A stretch of 56,568 nt of DNA, the filler included, from Sphacelaria rigidula (taxonomy: Eukaryota): the NCBI GenBank assembly GCA_964200075.2. It is 6 parts of 6 records of this genome, joined end to end, with 100 filler letters (N's around TTAATTAATTAA, not from the genome) between each part and the next. Parts side by side here need not be neighbours in the genome. Positions count along the whole stretch, not along the records: positions 9,447 to 18,791 come from CAXNAA020008706.1; positions 18,892 to 28,236 come from CAXNAA020008707.1; 4 more parts are not named here. One strand, written 5' to 3'. The position numbers and the translations under genes are program-made. Every line of letters starts with the position of its first letter. Positions within the stretch are counted from its first letter, which is position 1. Below the pieces are notes generated by a model. The model ran no database searches and was not told the origin of the DNA. It was given only the letters and a program-made list of their open reading frames with translations. This document shows, one piece after another, positions 11,217-22,600 of this stretch.

Positions 11217-14200
11217 ATGGCTGCATCGATGCGCACGTTAGGCAAGATGCTGCGGGAGACTGGACAGGCTTTGGATCGATTTGGCCTCAAGTGCGTTGAT
11301 AGTCCGCTCGTGCAAGAGACATGTGAGTATTTTTAGCACTAAACTCTGTAACCGTACCGAGGTTTGTAGTGTTTGTGCAAACTCTCACTTCTGTGAGTAC
11401 GCGCGGCAGAGGTGTTGGTTTGGCATGTCGGTTGTCTGCTTTCGCACACACACTTTCGAGCGGGCTAGGGCTAGGTGCGTTGGTGTATGTATCTACACAG
11501 CTCCATCACTCACCCACAATTGCGGTATCGGGTGTTGTGATAGCCACTGCCTTACATCTGTGCGGTACACCAGGCGCTACTGTCTGTATACCAGAGTGTA
11601 TAGTGGGTCCTTTTGTCTCTCGCGTTTGAGCCCACCTGGTCGTCATGTTCCGAAATAGCTTCACTGTACTCTCTATGATAGCGTCATAGCCTCCGAAGCG
11701 TTTCGTGTTCATCCTTCGTCTGACTGCGGAGATAGGGGCTTCGAGAGCGAAGTGCAGTTCGGTGCCGCGCCACACTACGTCATCCGTTAGCTCAATCCAC
11801 TCATTGCTCCTGCAGACGAAAATTTGAGGGTCTGCGTCAAGGACTCCGCCCCAAGCTTCCTCAACCGAGCTTCGATGCATTTTTCATTATATACTACCTG
11901 GTACGCTATATCCATCGGATCACTCGGATATACCTCCACGTGCAAGTCGCCGCCGTACAGTAGCAGCTACTCAAGCACTCACATATGTGCAAACACCTGC
12001 TGCCCCGGCTAGCAAAAACTAAGGCAACAGGTTTACCCTTGGGACACCCGCAAAGGCAGAAAAAGATATTAAGACAGAACCAACACTACTTACACCAGGA
12101 CAGCTAATGATGCATGTGCGATACCCGATAGTATAGCGAACAGTAGCTACCGCTACAAAATACCAGGACGCGTATGTACTGTAACAGGTACGCATGCGCT
12201 CTCGCTTTCGTGGCGTTGCTATGCCGCAAGGGAGGGCTCGTCCAGGCTACTACCTCCTTGTGCTGTACCCTCTTTGTTTGAGACAGTTGCTCTGAAGCGA
12301 ACCGTGTGTTGAAGCTGCTCCTATGGTTAACGAAGAAAAAAGTCCTGAAATAATGCTTTATTGGTCCCACTTCGTCGTTTGACGCCCTACAAGAGTTCCA
12401 TAACTGGTGGGGTTTGATACGCTGACATGACTTAGTCTACTCCTTGAGACCGCTCCAGGCCATTTTCGCGTTTTCTGGTGGCCGCAGTTTTATTTTGTCC
12501 AAGTAAGCATTTTTATCCAGAGACGGTCAAGTCCAGTGAAGAATGGCAATGTTTTCTAGATTCGACTTTTCTTGTCCGTCCTTCGCCAAAAGTGCAAGTT
12601 TGGTCAAAATTCAAACTACGGCCACCCGAAAACACAAAGATGTCCTGGAACCGTCTCATTAGGTCGAGTGAGTCATTCCCAGGTGTCCAACTCCGCCTAG
12701 CTCCCTTTTAGGGCGTAAAACGACGAGGGACATGACACGTATTTTTACATTCCTTTTTTTGCCATAACGAGCGGCCTTACACCTCCCCGTCAAAACGGCT
12801 ATGGTCCATCGGAACATTTAGAAGTAGCGTTCAATTGTGAATGTGGGAGTGTGTGTGTGCCAATTTTAGACAAATCATGATGTGCGTAAGACATATTGGT
12901 CGCTACGGTGGTCTTATCTACCACGAAAAAAGCCGATATGACAGGCACACGGGGGGAGAAGTCATGCTGTGCTGTGTGTGTATGCATAGTCGAAACATTG
13001 ACAAGGCCGCTCGCTGCTTCTCTGTCATCACGCGGACTGTCCATCACTCTCTGTAGTACAGACTTCCCATCGTCATTGTAGGTATCTGAACTTCGGAGAG
13101 CGCACGGAAGGTGTTCGTGAACTTCGCTGGCTTCCGTGTTGACATTGGTGGTCTTCCGTCATCGTAGCTTATTGAATCCTTCCCAATTGTAGCATCTTCC
13201 TTACGTTCGCCCTAGCTTTTGTGCGGTCCATGAACACATCTTTTCAGTTTTCATCACTACAATACCGCTTCGCTCAGCCACTTGACTAAGCGGGCTCCTT
13301 ACAGTACAGGCTCCTTCTTCTCGCGTGTCGAGTTTTTCATGCCTGTGAGGTTCAGCGCCTTCACCCCTCGTCAACAAACGCGTTCATCACTCCGCTTCGT
13401 CGTGTGCACCTCTTTGCACCTCTCCGTGGTCCGCGCTTCTCCTAGTCCACAGAAGTCAGCTGATTGACGCCTTTCCTCGGGATATAATCCGTAGAGGAGA
13501 TTACTGCCAGTACAGTACAGTACAGTACAGTAAAATACAGTCAGCGAAACTCCCAGCATGCCCCATCAAGCCTCAATTTTGAAAAAGTACTACCTGCGGC
13601 ATATATTGCCAACAGAAACGCAGCGGGGGGAGCACGTATACCAAAAATCGAGTCTGAGATAAGATGGAGTGTTCCGCTCAACCCACAAATGAGCAGGCGC
13701 GGGTGCCAAATGATACCGGGATTTGTAGCTCCTGTGGGATATATATGGCCCCGTAAAACGGGTCCCCACCGCTGAGCTGATTCGGGCCCGTTTCCCGGAA
13801 CGATGACCTGTGTTGCCCATCATTACCAGGGTCTCAATAATTACCCCGTATCTCCGTGGGGTGGCACTTCGTGCGGCACTGCTCGTGGCCAACATAGTTG
13901 CCGAGCTCTCGAGCAATCTACAGCAGCTGCCCCAGACATTGCTTAGGGCTTCAGCCGTCAGTGCTAGCAGGGGCAAGTTACAGTACTGTACGCGTGAATA
14001 ATGACGATACTAACAAAGGGTTAGACGAGCACGTGCCGATGAGAATCACAGCTTGTCGTCGCTGTTGTTGTCTCAGATTTAAAAGCGTTCCGGCAAGCAT
14101 ATCTCAGATAACGCAGTAAAATAAGCTGCAGAATGAAGTCAGGGACGCGGTGTTAATATGTCGATACCACCGGTTTATGCCTGGAAAAAAATGTAGTCTG

Positions 14201-17200
14201 TGCGCTGGCGTGCAAAAGAAGTACCTGGTGCCTACATCTTCCATCCTTCTGATACTTTCGCCCCGCATCGACGTGATTGCTGCTTATCGCTGATGTAGAG
14301 CGCAGTTCACCACTAGTTCGTATATGAAGCGTATCTGATATAGTATTGAAGAAGAAACCCGTGGAGTCTTCTTAATTTTACATGGAACTCCATATTGCTG
14401 CACTGCTGCCTGCAGCGGTGGCGTGGTGTGGCTATCTCTCGTGCCGCGGTTGAATACAAGGTAATAGAGCAGATGTAAACGAGCTCCATTGTAGCTACAT
14501 GTATCGTGGTCGCGATGGGGTCCTAAGGAGTCGGCCCATTAACTTCTCCTGTTGACGTGTGTGTTGTGTCGGTCTGTGGATGCAGGCATGAAAAGTTGGC
14601 GTGCCCATGTGTCAACTGGAAGAAGCGATAATTTGTTTTCTCGTCAATTGGTATATTCGCCCTTATTGTGTTTTCGAGACACGTGTATAATAACACGTTG
14701 TGTTATCCGTCATCTCGGGGCTAAGAAACTTCCTCCAGGTGCAATTCCCCACTCACTATGCTCCTCCCCCATGCCATGTTCAGGTGCGGCTGGAAATCAA
14801 GGCACCGTACTCTTGCGCGTTTTCTTCAGAATTTTGCAGCTTTTATGTAAAAAAATCGCAATTTCCGACCGGCGGTCAACGGAAAATAATGGGATTTCTT
14901 TTTTTTTTTAATCAAGAATGTATGCAGTGCAAGATTCGGATATCACCACGCTCAGCGTCTCAGTCAGCTGCGTACAGGCCGCCATCACAACTTTTCAAGC
15001 CGAGGCGCCAAGAAAGAGCGATATTTGTGCAAAGGGTGGCAGCAGACAATCAATCGGAAGGCGTGTACGGCGGTGTACCAACTTCATCGCAGCCTCTCAT
15101 ACCAGGCTGTCTTGGTCATTATTATTAACTTTCCTTGATGGAAAGAGGAAACCTGAACTAACACTTACCCCGCAAGCGGGTTCGTATACCGATTACTCGG
15201 AGGCTCGGCTAGACTGCCTCACGGCAGTCATGTGGCGTAGGCGCCTCGAGCGTTCGCAAGCTGTGCTCAAGGCAGAGTAAGGGTCCGACCCACTAGAACC
15301 GCCATGTCAACTTGGTGCAGCACCGCGCTGCCCTACTGTTGAGAGCTTCGGCCCTAGTCTTTTTTTTACCTTGTGCACTCGTAGTCGTAAGACCGCAGGG
15401 CCCGACACAGAGCCCATAGACAGGTGGTAGCTTAACGCCTGTATGCTTTCACCTTCGATAGACTCGTTTGTTGATGTATGACCTCCTTATTTTGCGTTTG
15501 TGCCGTCAGTCTCTGCTTTTGCCGCTACGCTCACCTCCCAGGCCCTGCCGTTGTTTTTGGGCAAACGTTGTCGTTCTATTTATTTGGATCCTTAAATAGT
15601 TCGCCCTCCTTTCTCTCTTTTTTTTCTCGCGCACCATCAGATTCACGACACCGGCAGTTGATGCCTCTGAAGGCCGACATACCGTCGGTGGCTGTGGACG
15701 CGTGGGTCGCTCCTAGCGCGTCGTTGATTGGCAAGGTGGACTTGTCTAGCAAGGCCTCGGTATGGTACGGGGCAGTTGTTCGGGGTGAGTGACTTGTTCT
15801 GCTGTGAGTTATGGTAATACTTCAGCCAGCATGTCCCCGTACCACTTCAAGGTTCCCGTCTTGTCGTTTTTTCGGGTGCCGTGCTCATCCTCTTGTCTAC
15901 ATGCGTGCAATGCTTTCGGCATAAAGTTGAAGGGTCCAGTAATGGATATCTACAGTACACAGCTGTTACTGTACGGTGTTGCAGATGCTTGGCAGAAAAA
16001 ACCATTGTATAGGTCGCTAAAGCTCGCCTCTGGTTTTTTTTCCTTCACATGTTTTGTTTCATGGCGTACTCTGTATGTTCTCGTACACTCGAGTCCACGG
16101 TCCTTGATTCGCGTTTCTTACGGGGTAAATCTGACGGGTGACTGCCTGACTGAAATTGAGAGCCTCAGAAATATCAATGCCCACGGATTGAGGGGAATTA
16201 TATTGATAGTATGTCATCATCCGGGGGGTCATTTGTCCCCACGCGTACTCGGTGATGGCACCCACCATACGTAGTAACGAGACAAACCTGTGCGGACCAA
16301 ATATCCCAGGCGACTATGGATCAGTGTCGATCGGAGCGGGCAGCAATGTACAAGACGACGCTGTGCTCGGAGCGGGGGATGTTCACATCGGAGAAGGCGT
16401 GACGGTCGGTCACGGAGCAATCATTAAGGCATCAACAGTAGGCGATGGGTCCATGGTCGGCATGAAGGCCGTAATCGAGGAAGCATCTGTAGAGGGAGGG
16501 AGCATGGTCGCCGCCGGGGCGGTCGTGTCTCCGGGTACGGTAGTGGCCACCGGACAGGTACGTGCTGGTATATTGGGGGCACTAAATATTCAAAATCAGC
16601 TGTAAAAAAAAGAATGCCTCGTAAATTTATATACTGCGTTTCTTGATAATTACGTGCTTGCGCACTCGCCGGGTTCGACACAAGGATTTGTATTTCGCGT
16701 GGATAAATAGCTCGATTTTGTCAAACGGTAATGAGACGTCGACGGGCACTTGCGTAAGTTTCACGCTTCCATGTGGTATCATTAGTTATGCTTACTTCCG
16801 AGCCGTTGAATGAACGGTGACCATGAACACAGAGCACCCTGTTCTGTTTCCAGCAGTCGAGCAGAGCATAAGTGAGGGGAAAATAAAGGAAGGGGCCAGT
16901 AACATCGTCAGATATATGCCAGTTGAAAGCAAGTCTTCCAATGGTTGGTGGAGCATTTGGTTGTACAAACAAAGGCGTGCTTTACCTCAAATATCCGGAA
17001 AAGGTAGAACTCGGCTCCTGTCCTGCGGTATGTGTGCAAAACTGTCACTCGTCTGTCGTTCGTATTGGCGTGTGTTTGTGTGTTGGATATCATGTATGCG
17101 ATCAAAACTGCATGGTCACGAGGCCAAAGAGAGAGAACTCGTGTGACGGTAACGTGGTAGTTCGTGGGCTCGTGAGATGCGCCCCCAACTTGACCGACTT

Positions 17201-17945
17201 TCCAACCCTCTAACCATTTTACGGTTAGGACAAATCATCACGACTCAAAATCACCAAATTCACGATTTCTTTGGCCTGATTGCTCAAGAGGNNNNNNNNN
17301 NATTCGTCACGAGTCGACTCATCATACTAGAACCAAGTAGTTTTCAGACGATCATTATTTGTCCGAACCTTGAACCATTTCAACGAGGTTAATTGGTCTA
17401 TTGATCGTCGCACACTGACATTGACTGATTCCCTACGAGACTGATTCCCTACGAGTCATGATTCAGCCGCGGTCACAACATATGATATGCCCAACGTAAA
17501 CAAAGCGGAGAACATCGCTGAAGAAAACTTGACGAAAGGGAAATACAGAGGATGAAGCATACGGCAAATGGAGTGAACTGAACAAAATTGAGAGACGAAC
17601 GATGAAGAGAGTGCAAAGGGGAGGGGGGCTCAATCTTCACGCTAACTATTTCAACGTGTCACCTACAAATTTGGGTAATGCTTTCAACGCATTGCTGCAT
17701 AATTCCAAGAAAATGCCTTACGCTTTTCGTCATCGCGTGTTTTGTTCCGCACCTCCCCCCGTCCCGACCCGAAAAATACAACTATGCTCCGCAAAACGAC
17801 ACACTAGTTGTGGGGCGGGAATCCCGCTGTGTTTTTGAGGGACATCACGGCCGAGGAGAAGGCCCAGCTGGTGAAGAGCGCCGAGGGATACAGCGCGCTT
17901 GCGGCGGAGGCGCAGTCACCAGCTAAGGCCGTTACTTCATCCTAG
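11217..17945 (+). CDS. Gamma carbonic anhydrase(-like) subunit of mitochondrial complex I, 211 aa; exons 11217-11322, 15641-15784, 16310-16557, 17808-17945
   Basis: Four GT-AG exons join in phase (106+144+248+138=636 nt). Translation: [23 protein letters not shown]...YSRHRQLM...[12 protein letters not shown]...[25 protein letters not shown]...VTVGHGAII...VAAGAVV...[11 protein letters not shown]. The [14 protein letters not shown]-terminus, hexapeptide beta-helix and WGGNPA motif match plant/algal mitochondrial gamma-CA. Confidence 0.93.
12364..12731. mobile_element. MITE with imperfect ~30-bp TIRs in gamma-CA intron 1
   Basis: GTCCCACTTCGTCGTTTGACGCCCTACAAGAG versus CTCCCTTTTAGGGCGTAAAACGACGAGGGAC. 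A similar right end occurs at ~49593-49635. Confidence 0.6.
15165..15355 (+). repeat. Dispersed repeat (inverted copy at 50042-50234)
   Basis: TTACCCCGCAAGCGGGTTCGT...GGCTAGACTG...CGCCTCGAGCGTTCGCAAGCT.TGCTCAAGGCAG is shared with the reverse complement of 50042-50234. Confidence 0.75.
17297..17375 (+). repeat. Gap-adjacent repeat (copies 18915-18970 and 37811-37883)
   Basis: GTCACGAGTCGACTCATCATAC...TTCAGACGA(A)TCATTATTTG(T/C)CCGA.CCTT is shared by three loci, each next to Ns. Confidence 0.75.
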
Positions 17946-19319
17946 TTTTTACTCCTTGAGCCTAGAAATGCACACGCTATCCATCTTTCTCCATTGCGGG
18001 CAGTCGCGACTTTGAGCGGTTTACCATCGTTGAGATGTGCTCTACATACATATCACGCGCTCGATCATGGGTACGTGTAGATTATGCGTGTGCAAGCGGA
18101 GCGAATATCTTACGGTAAGGCCCGCTGCCTCCCTCGCGTCTGGTGCGTTTTGCATTTCGCCCGCGACGGTTTTTCCAGTAGCTCGGGGGTACGGGGGTGG
18201 GTTCTGTCGCTGTTTCGAGCCCGAATGGTGTTTTTTTCGCGGCAACGCGTTGATATTATAGTATTCGTCAACTAGCGCAGCATGTCTCCTTGTCCATCAT
18301 CTTTGAACGCGTTGTTTTTTTGTGTGAGTTGAAACCATTGGGTGCGACATAAGAACGAACGGTGGGGGACAAGATGGTCATGAGGCCTGGAAGTTGCGTT
18401 CAGGGTGCCAGAAATGCGTGGGAGTCGTCGCAAGAGTTTTTACGATATGTGAGAACGTCAGTCCTACCGTTTTTTCGGAAGGGCGGTGCAATACCACCAT
18501 GGTATTGGCGGCCGACATGTTTCTCTCGGCAGGGATGTGCGCAGAACGATCGTGCCGTTCGCGGAACAAAGAGATTTAATGCTGAATGTGATGTGGGTGG
18601 CATTTCGGCTTTTCATTTTCTAGTTACACTCGATCTCGGTGTGTTTCAGGGCTCTTGCATACCACGGTTCTTTGTGCAACTGATATACAGAGGCGGTCAC
18701 CACTTAAGAATACGGCACTTGAGAATTTGAGCCTCAAAAATTTGAAATATTAAGAACTTGCTCATAAGAACACGTGCTCAAATTGGACCTGNNNNNNNNN
18801 NNNNNNNNNNNNNNNNNNNNNNNNNNNNNNNNNNNTTAATTAATTAANNNNNNNNNNNNNNNNNNNNNNNNNNNNNNNNNNNNNNNNNNNNTTGATTCGT
18901 ACGATTCGAAACAGTTATACTAAAACCAAGTAATTTCCAGACGAATCATTATTTGCCCGACCCTTCAACGGTTACCACGGCTGTCCACGATTTGCGCAGA
19001 AAGTTCTCTCTGCTACTGCTGCTGCTACTGCTGCTGCTGCTGTGCTCCCGCCGCCACCTACACTGAACTCCGAGTTCCTCTTTTAAAACAACACCCCGTA
19101 CGCATTGGAATTGGATGCATGCCATTGTGGTGTTTTTGCAGCGTCCATATACACAGGTACTTTGAAGGCCTAAATCCACCTCGAAGGTAAAAGATCTACA
19201 ACAACACATGAAATATTAAGATCCGGAATAGCACCCACCAAATGCCGACGAAAAGACACGATGCAGAGAAAGCACGATAGAAACAGCCGTGCGGGTCTGT
19301 TAACGCAGCACTTCACCGT

Positions 19320-19676
19320 ATCACACGCGGTCATTCGGCTACCCCCAAGAATACTCTGTTCCGGGCAACGTTTCGAGCCTCCAGAGGAATTAAACACCTC
19401 CAGAGGGTGCGCGGCCCTCCAGAGGCAAAACAAGCGTCAACTTGGAGGATGCGCAACCCTCCAGCGCACCATCTTTTTTGTTACTCTCGAGGGATTCAGA
19501 CCTCAGAAGTCATTGGAGCATCAGATGCTCTCCAGGGGATTCGTTTCATGACCAAAACTGAGCATGAAATACCCTCTGGAGGGTATTTTTATCCTCCGGA
19601 GGGTCACTTTACCCTCGAGAGGATGAAAATCGCGATAGTGGATGTTTATGGGGGTAGCCGAATGACCCCGTGTGAT
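19320..19676. mobile_element. MITE with ~28-bp TIRs, CAC...GTG termini and internal CCTCNNGAGG repeats
   Basis: ATCACACGCGGTCATTCGGCTACCCCCA versus TGGGGGTAGCCGAATGACCCCGTGTGAT (1 mismatch). Possible AT target-site duplication. Confidence 0.75.
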
Positions 19677-22600
19677 GGGTTGCCCCATGGTGTGCTCAAA
19701 CGCACGAGCGACCAGAAATAAAGGAGGTCTACACTCGTGACACACACTATGCATAGCGCAGGGCACCAGCGGTACAACAGTATAGTCATTAGTCTCCCTC
19801 TACTCCATTTGCCAGAGATGCAGACACAACCTATATTTCACGGACTGTGCAACTAGGAATTTGGAAAAGCAGTGTCACGACCATACCTCGGTCACCAAGC
19901 ATACTCGAACGGACAGATAAGCTAATACGAAGTACACTACTATCATCCATGATGCATGAGAGAAGCGTGGCAAGGCAACCGATGACGCGCGCTCAACACA
20001 TTGAGGTATCGTGAGACCCAGATATATAGCAGGTGGCAAAGTACAGCGCACATTGGGCAATATCCAGAGCGCACACCGTAACTCCTAAGCCGCTGTGAAA
20101 AACTGGGTGGCGTGTGGCTGCCGTTGCGTCCGTACATCCTGTCCTGTGCAGGCCTTTCAAGCTGCCATGAATCCTTAGCGGCGCGTCGTTTTCACAAACT
20201 GGACATAATCAGTGGGCCGGCAATTGGCACGTACAGACTATGATGCAGTCATTGCAGCCACTAAACTCACTGCTGTTGTCCATACGCCATCACGCCCAGC
20301 GACGACAACAAGCAGATATATCGTGGCACAAACACAGTCGACGGCTGGCTTTGTATGTTTGCTTGTGATGCTGATTACCACGGGCTGAACACGTCAAGGA
20401 AGTAGCTGGGATGGCGTCATGCACGAACCTCCACCTATCGAACTATATTTACAGCCATGAACCACGCACCTTGTCAGATTTTATCTCGCTCCCGCCTTTC
20501 TTGTTTGCCTGGCTTTTGATTCAGCTCAATTGCGCGCCCCCCACAAGAGGTTTGGATCGACAGAAACCCCGCGAAAGATTACCGCACTACGCCCGTTTCG
20601 ACTAGTAGTGTTTTTTGTCCAGCACAGAAGAGCGTTGCGTCTATTTATCGTTTTAGGCCAGCGCAAGAACCAATAATCCACACGCAGCACGAACGGAAAC
20701 TTCCAGGCACGTGATTATAAGTGGCACCTGGTGCTGAAGTGAATGCTTACAGTACCTTCTATACGCAACAGATTGCTGTTGTGATTTTGTGGGATGCATG
20801 GTGGCCTCTGGTTGTTCTGCTTTGTTTTTTTTTATCGGTTAATTATGTCTTTCACCATAGGATCTGGGTGTCGTAGTCAGACCTGCAGTCGAGAAGCAGA
20901 AGACCGAAGACTTCTGGGTAGCCACACACTTTTCTAGGAACATCACTTGCTGCTTTTTTGGCAGGGGATACATTGCTCCGGTGGCAAGCTGTAAATACTG
21001 TTCTTTCATGTATTACACAAATGAAAAACCGGCAAGATTAGGGGACTCTGATGGCAACAGACCCGAGTGACGGTATATACCGCTAAAGCCGAGGAAACTG
21101 AGCGATAGGGATGTAATACAATGAAGTTGCCAGTACGAGTAGACATATATCGCCATCGAATTCGAACGATTTCAACAAGTGAAGGGGGGAATACTGAAAA
21201 GTAAAAACGCCCGAGGAACATATGACCATGCATAACCCAAAAAAGACAATAGTGATATAGATAATGATCTTAGCTGCAGGAAATGTAGGTTATCATGTTT
21301 CGTCATGGTCCAGCGCTCTAGACTTTCCGCCTGGAGTTTTTGGGGGGTTCCAGCTTGTTGAGAATCTCGTGAGAATTGTTGTTATTGTTGTTGTTGTCTT
21401 CACATTAAAAACCGTTCCGATATCTGCGCGGTACATTCGTACTGGGCATCTGATGCGGGCACCTTCCGTGGTATAGTCGGAGAATATGCCTTGGCGCAAG
21501 TGCACATGGATCATGACTAGATTATGTAGCTTCCCCTTGAACGGCGAAAAGCAAACAAAAGCAGCAACATGTCCCGCTCTTGAAACAAATGCACACTTAG
21601 AAGTGTCGCGAACGACGAGTTACACAACAACAGCGCGCTCAGGAGCCAGGTGGGCCGGTTCCCACATTACTCCTGGGTAGGACCAAGAAGAAATATTTGC
21701 AATAGTGCTGTAGGCTGTAATAGCACGAGACCGGTCCACTTGACTTCAAATTATAAAAATAATATATAAGCTTGTTCGAGGAAACTGAACAGGTGTTTGC
21801 CAGCATTTAGTCATTCCTCCACTCTATTGTCAGTGTTTTACTGCGCTGTATTGTCAGTGTTTTACTGCGCTGTACTGTATTGTTGTACTGTACTCCTACA
21901 CTGCTGTTCAACCGAAAGTCGGCCTTACTACAGACTGCCTGTCCGACGAGGCTGCGTGGCAAAGTGTGTGGTATAGCGCAAGGAAGTGCACTCACACGAG
22001 AAAACATTTTGGCCGCGTGCATCGCGATAAACTGCACCTAGTGGAGACGGTGGTTCAGTGTGGGTCTTCATCGGCGATAGCAACATCTCAATATTTGAAA
22101 GCCCGCACCCCTTGCAAGAAGACGGAGGACGGACGCTGGAGCTCGGGACGTGCCGTGGCACATCGGCTCTTATCTTTCATCCAACATGTCTAGGGTTGAG
22201 TGGAGCCCTAGGGGAAGAGCAGTGACTTCTACGATGGGTACAGTGGTGGTTAATGAAGCGGAGTCAGGCCGAAAGATTGCCGTGGAGCTGTTTCCGGGGG
22301 AAGACGGAGCTGCTGATACACTGCGAGCCCACCTGTACAGGTAGGTATCTATGTTATCGGTCTATATATTGCAAACTTCTTCCCTGATCAAAACTCAATC
22401 AAAACCTGCAGTGTGTTGTGTTGTGCAAAGCTATAAAGCACCGTAAAATTACTGTAAATTAGGGTGTGTGCTCTCGGGTGACTTTTTCCGTAGCACGGTA
22501 AGGTTCAGGTGCTACACACACACACACACATCTCCCCCCCTTGATATCCGCGGCCGGCCGCTGGGTTTCTTTCAGTGTTCGGAAGTGAACAACGTTGTCG

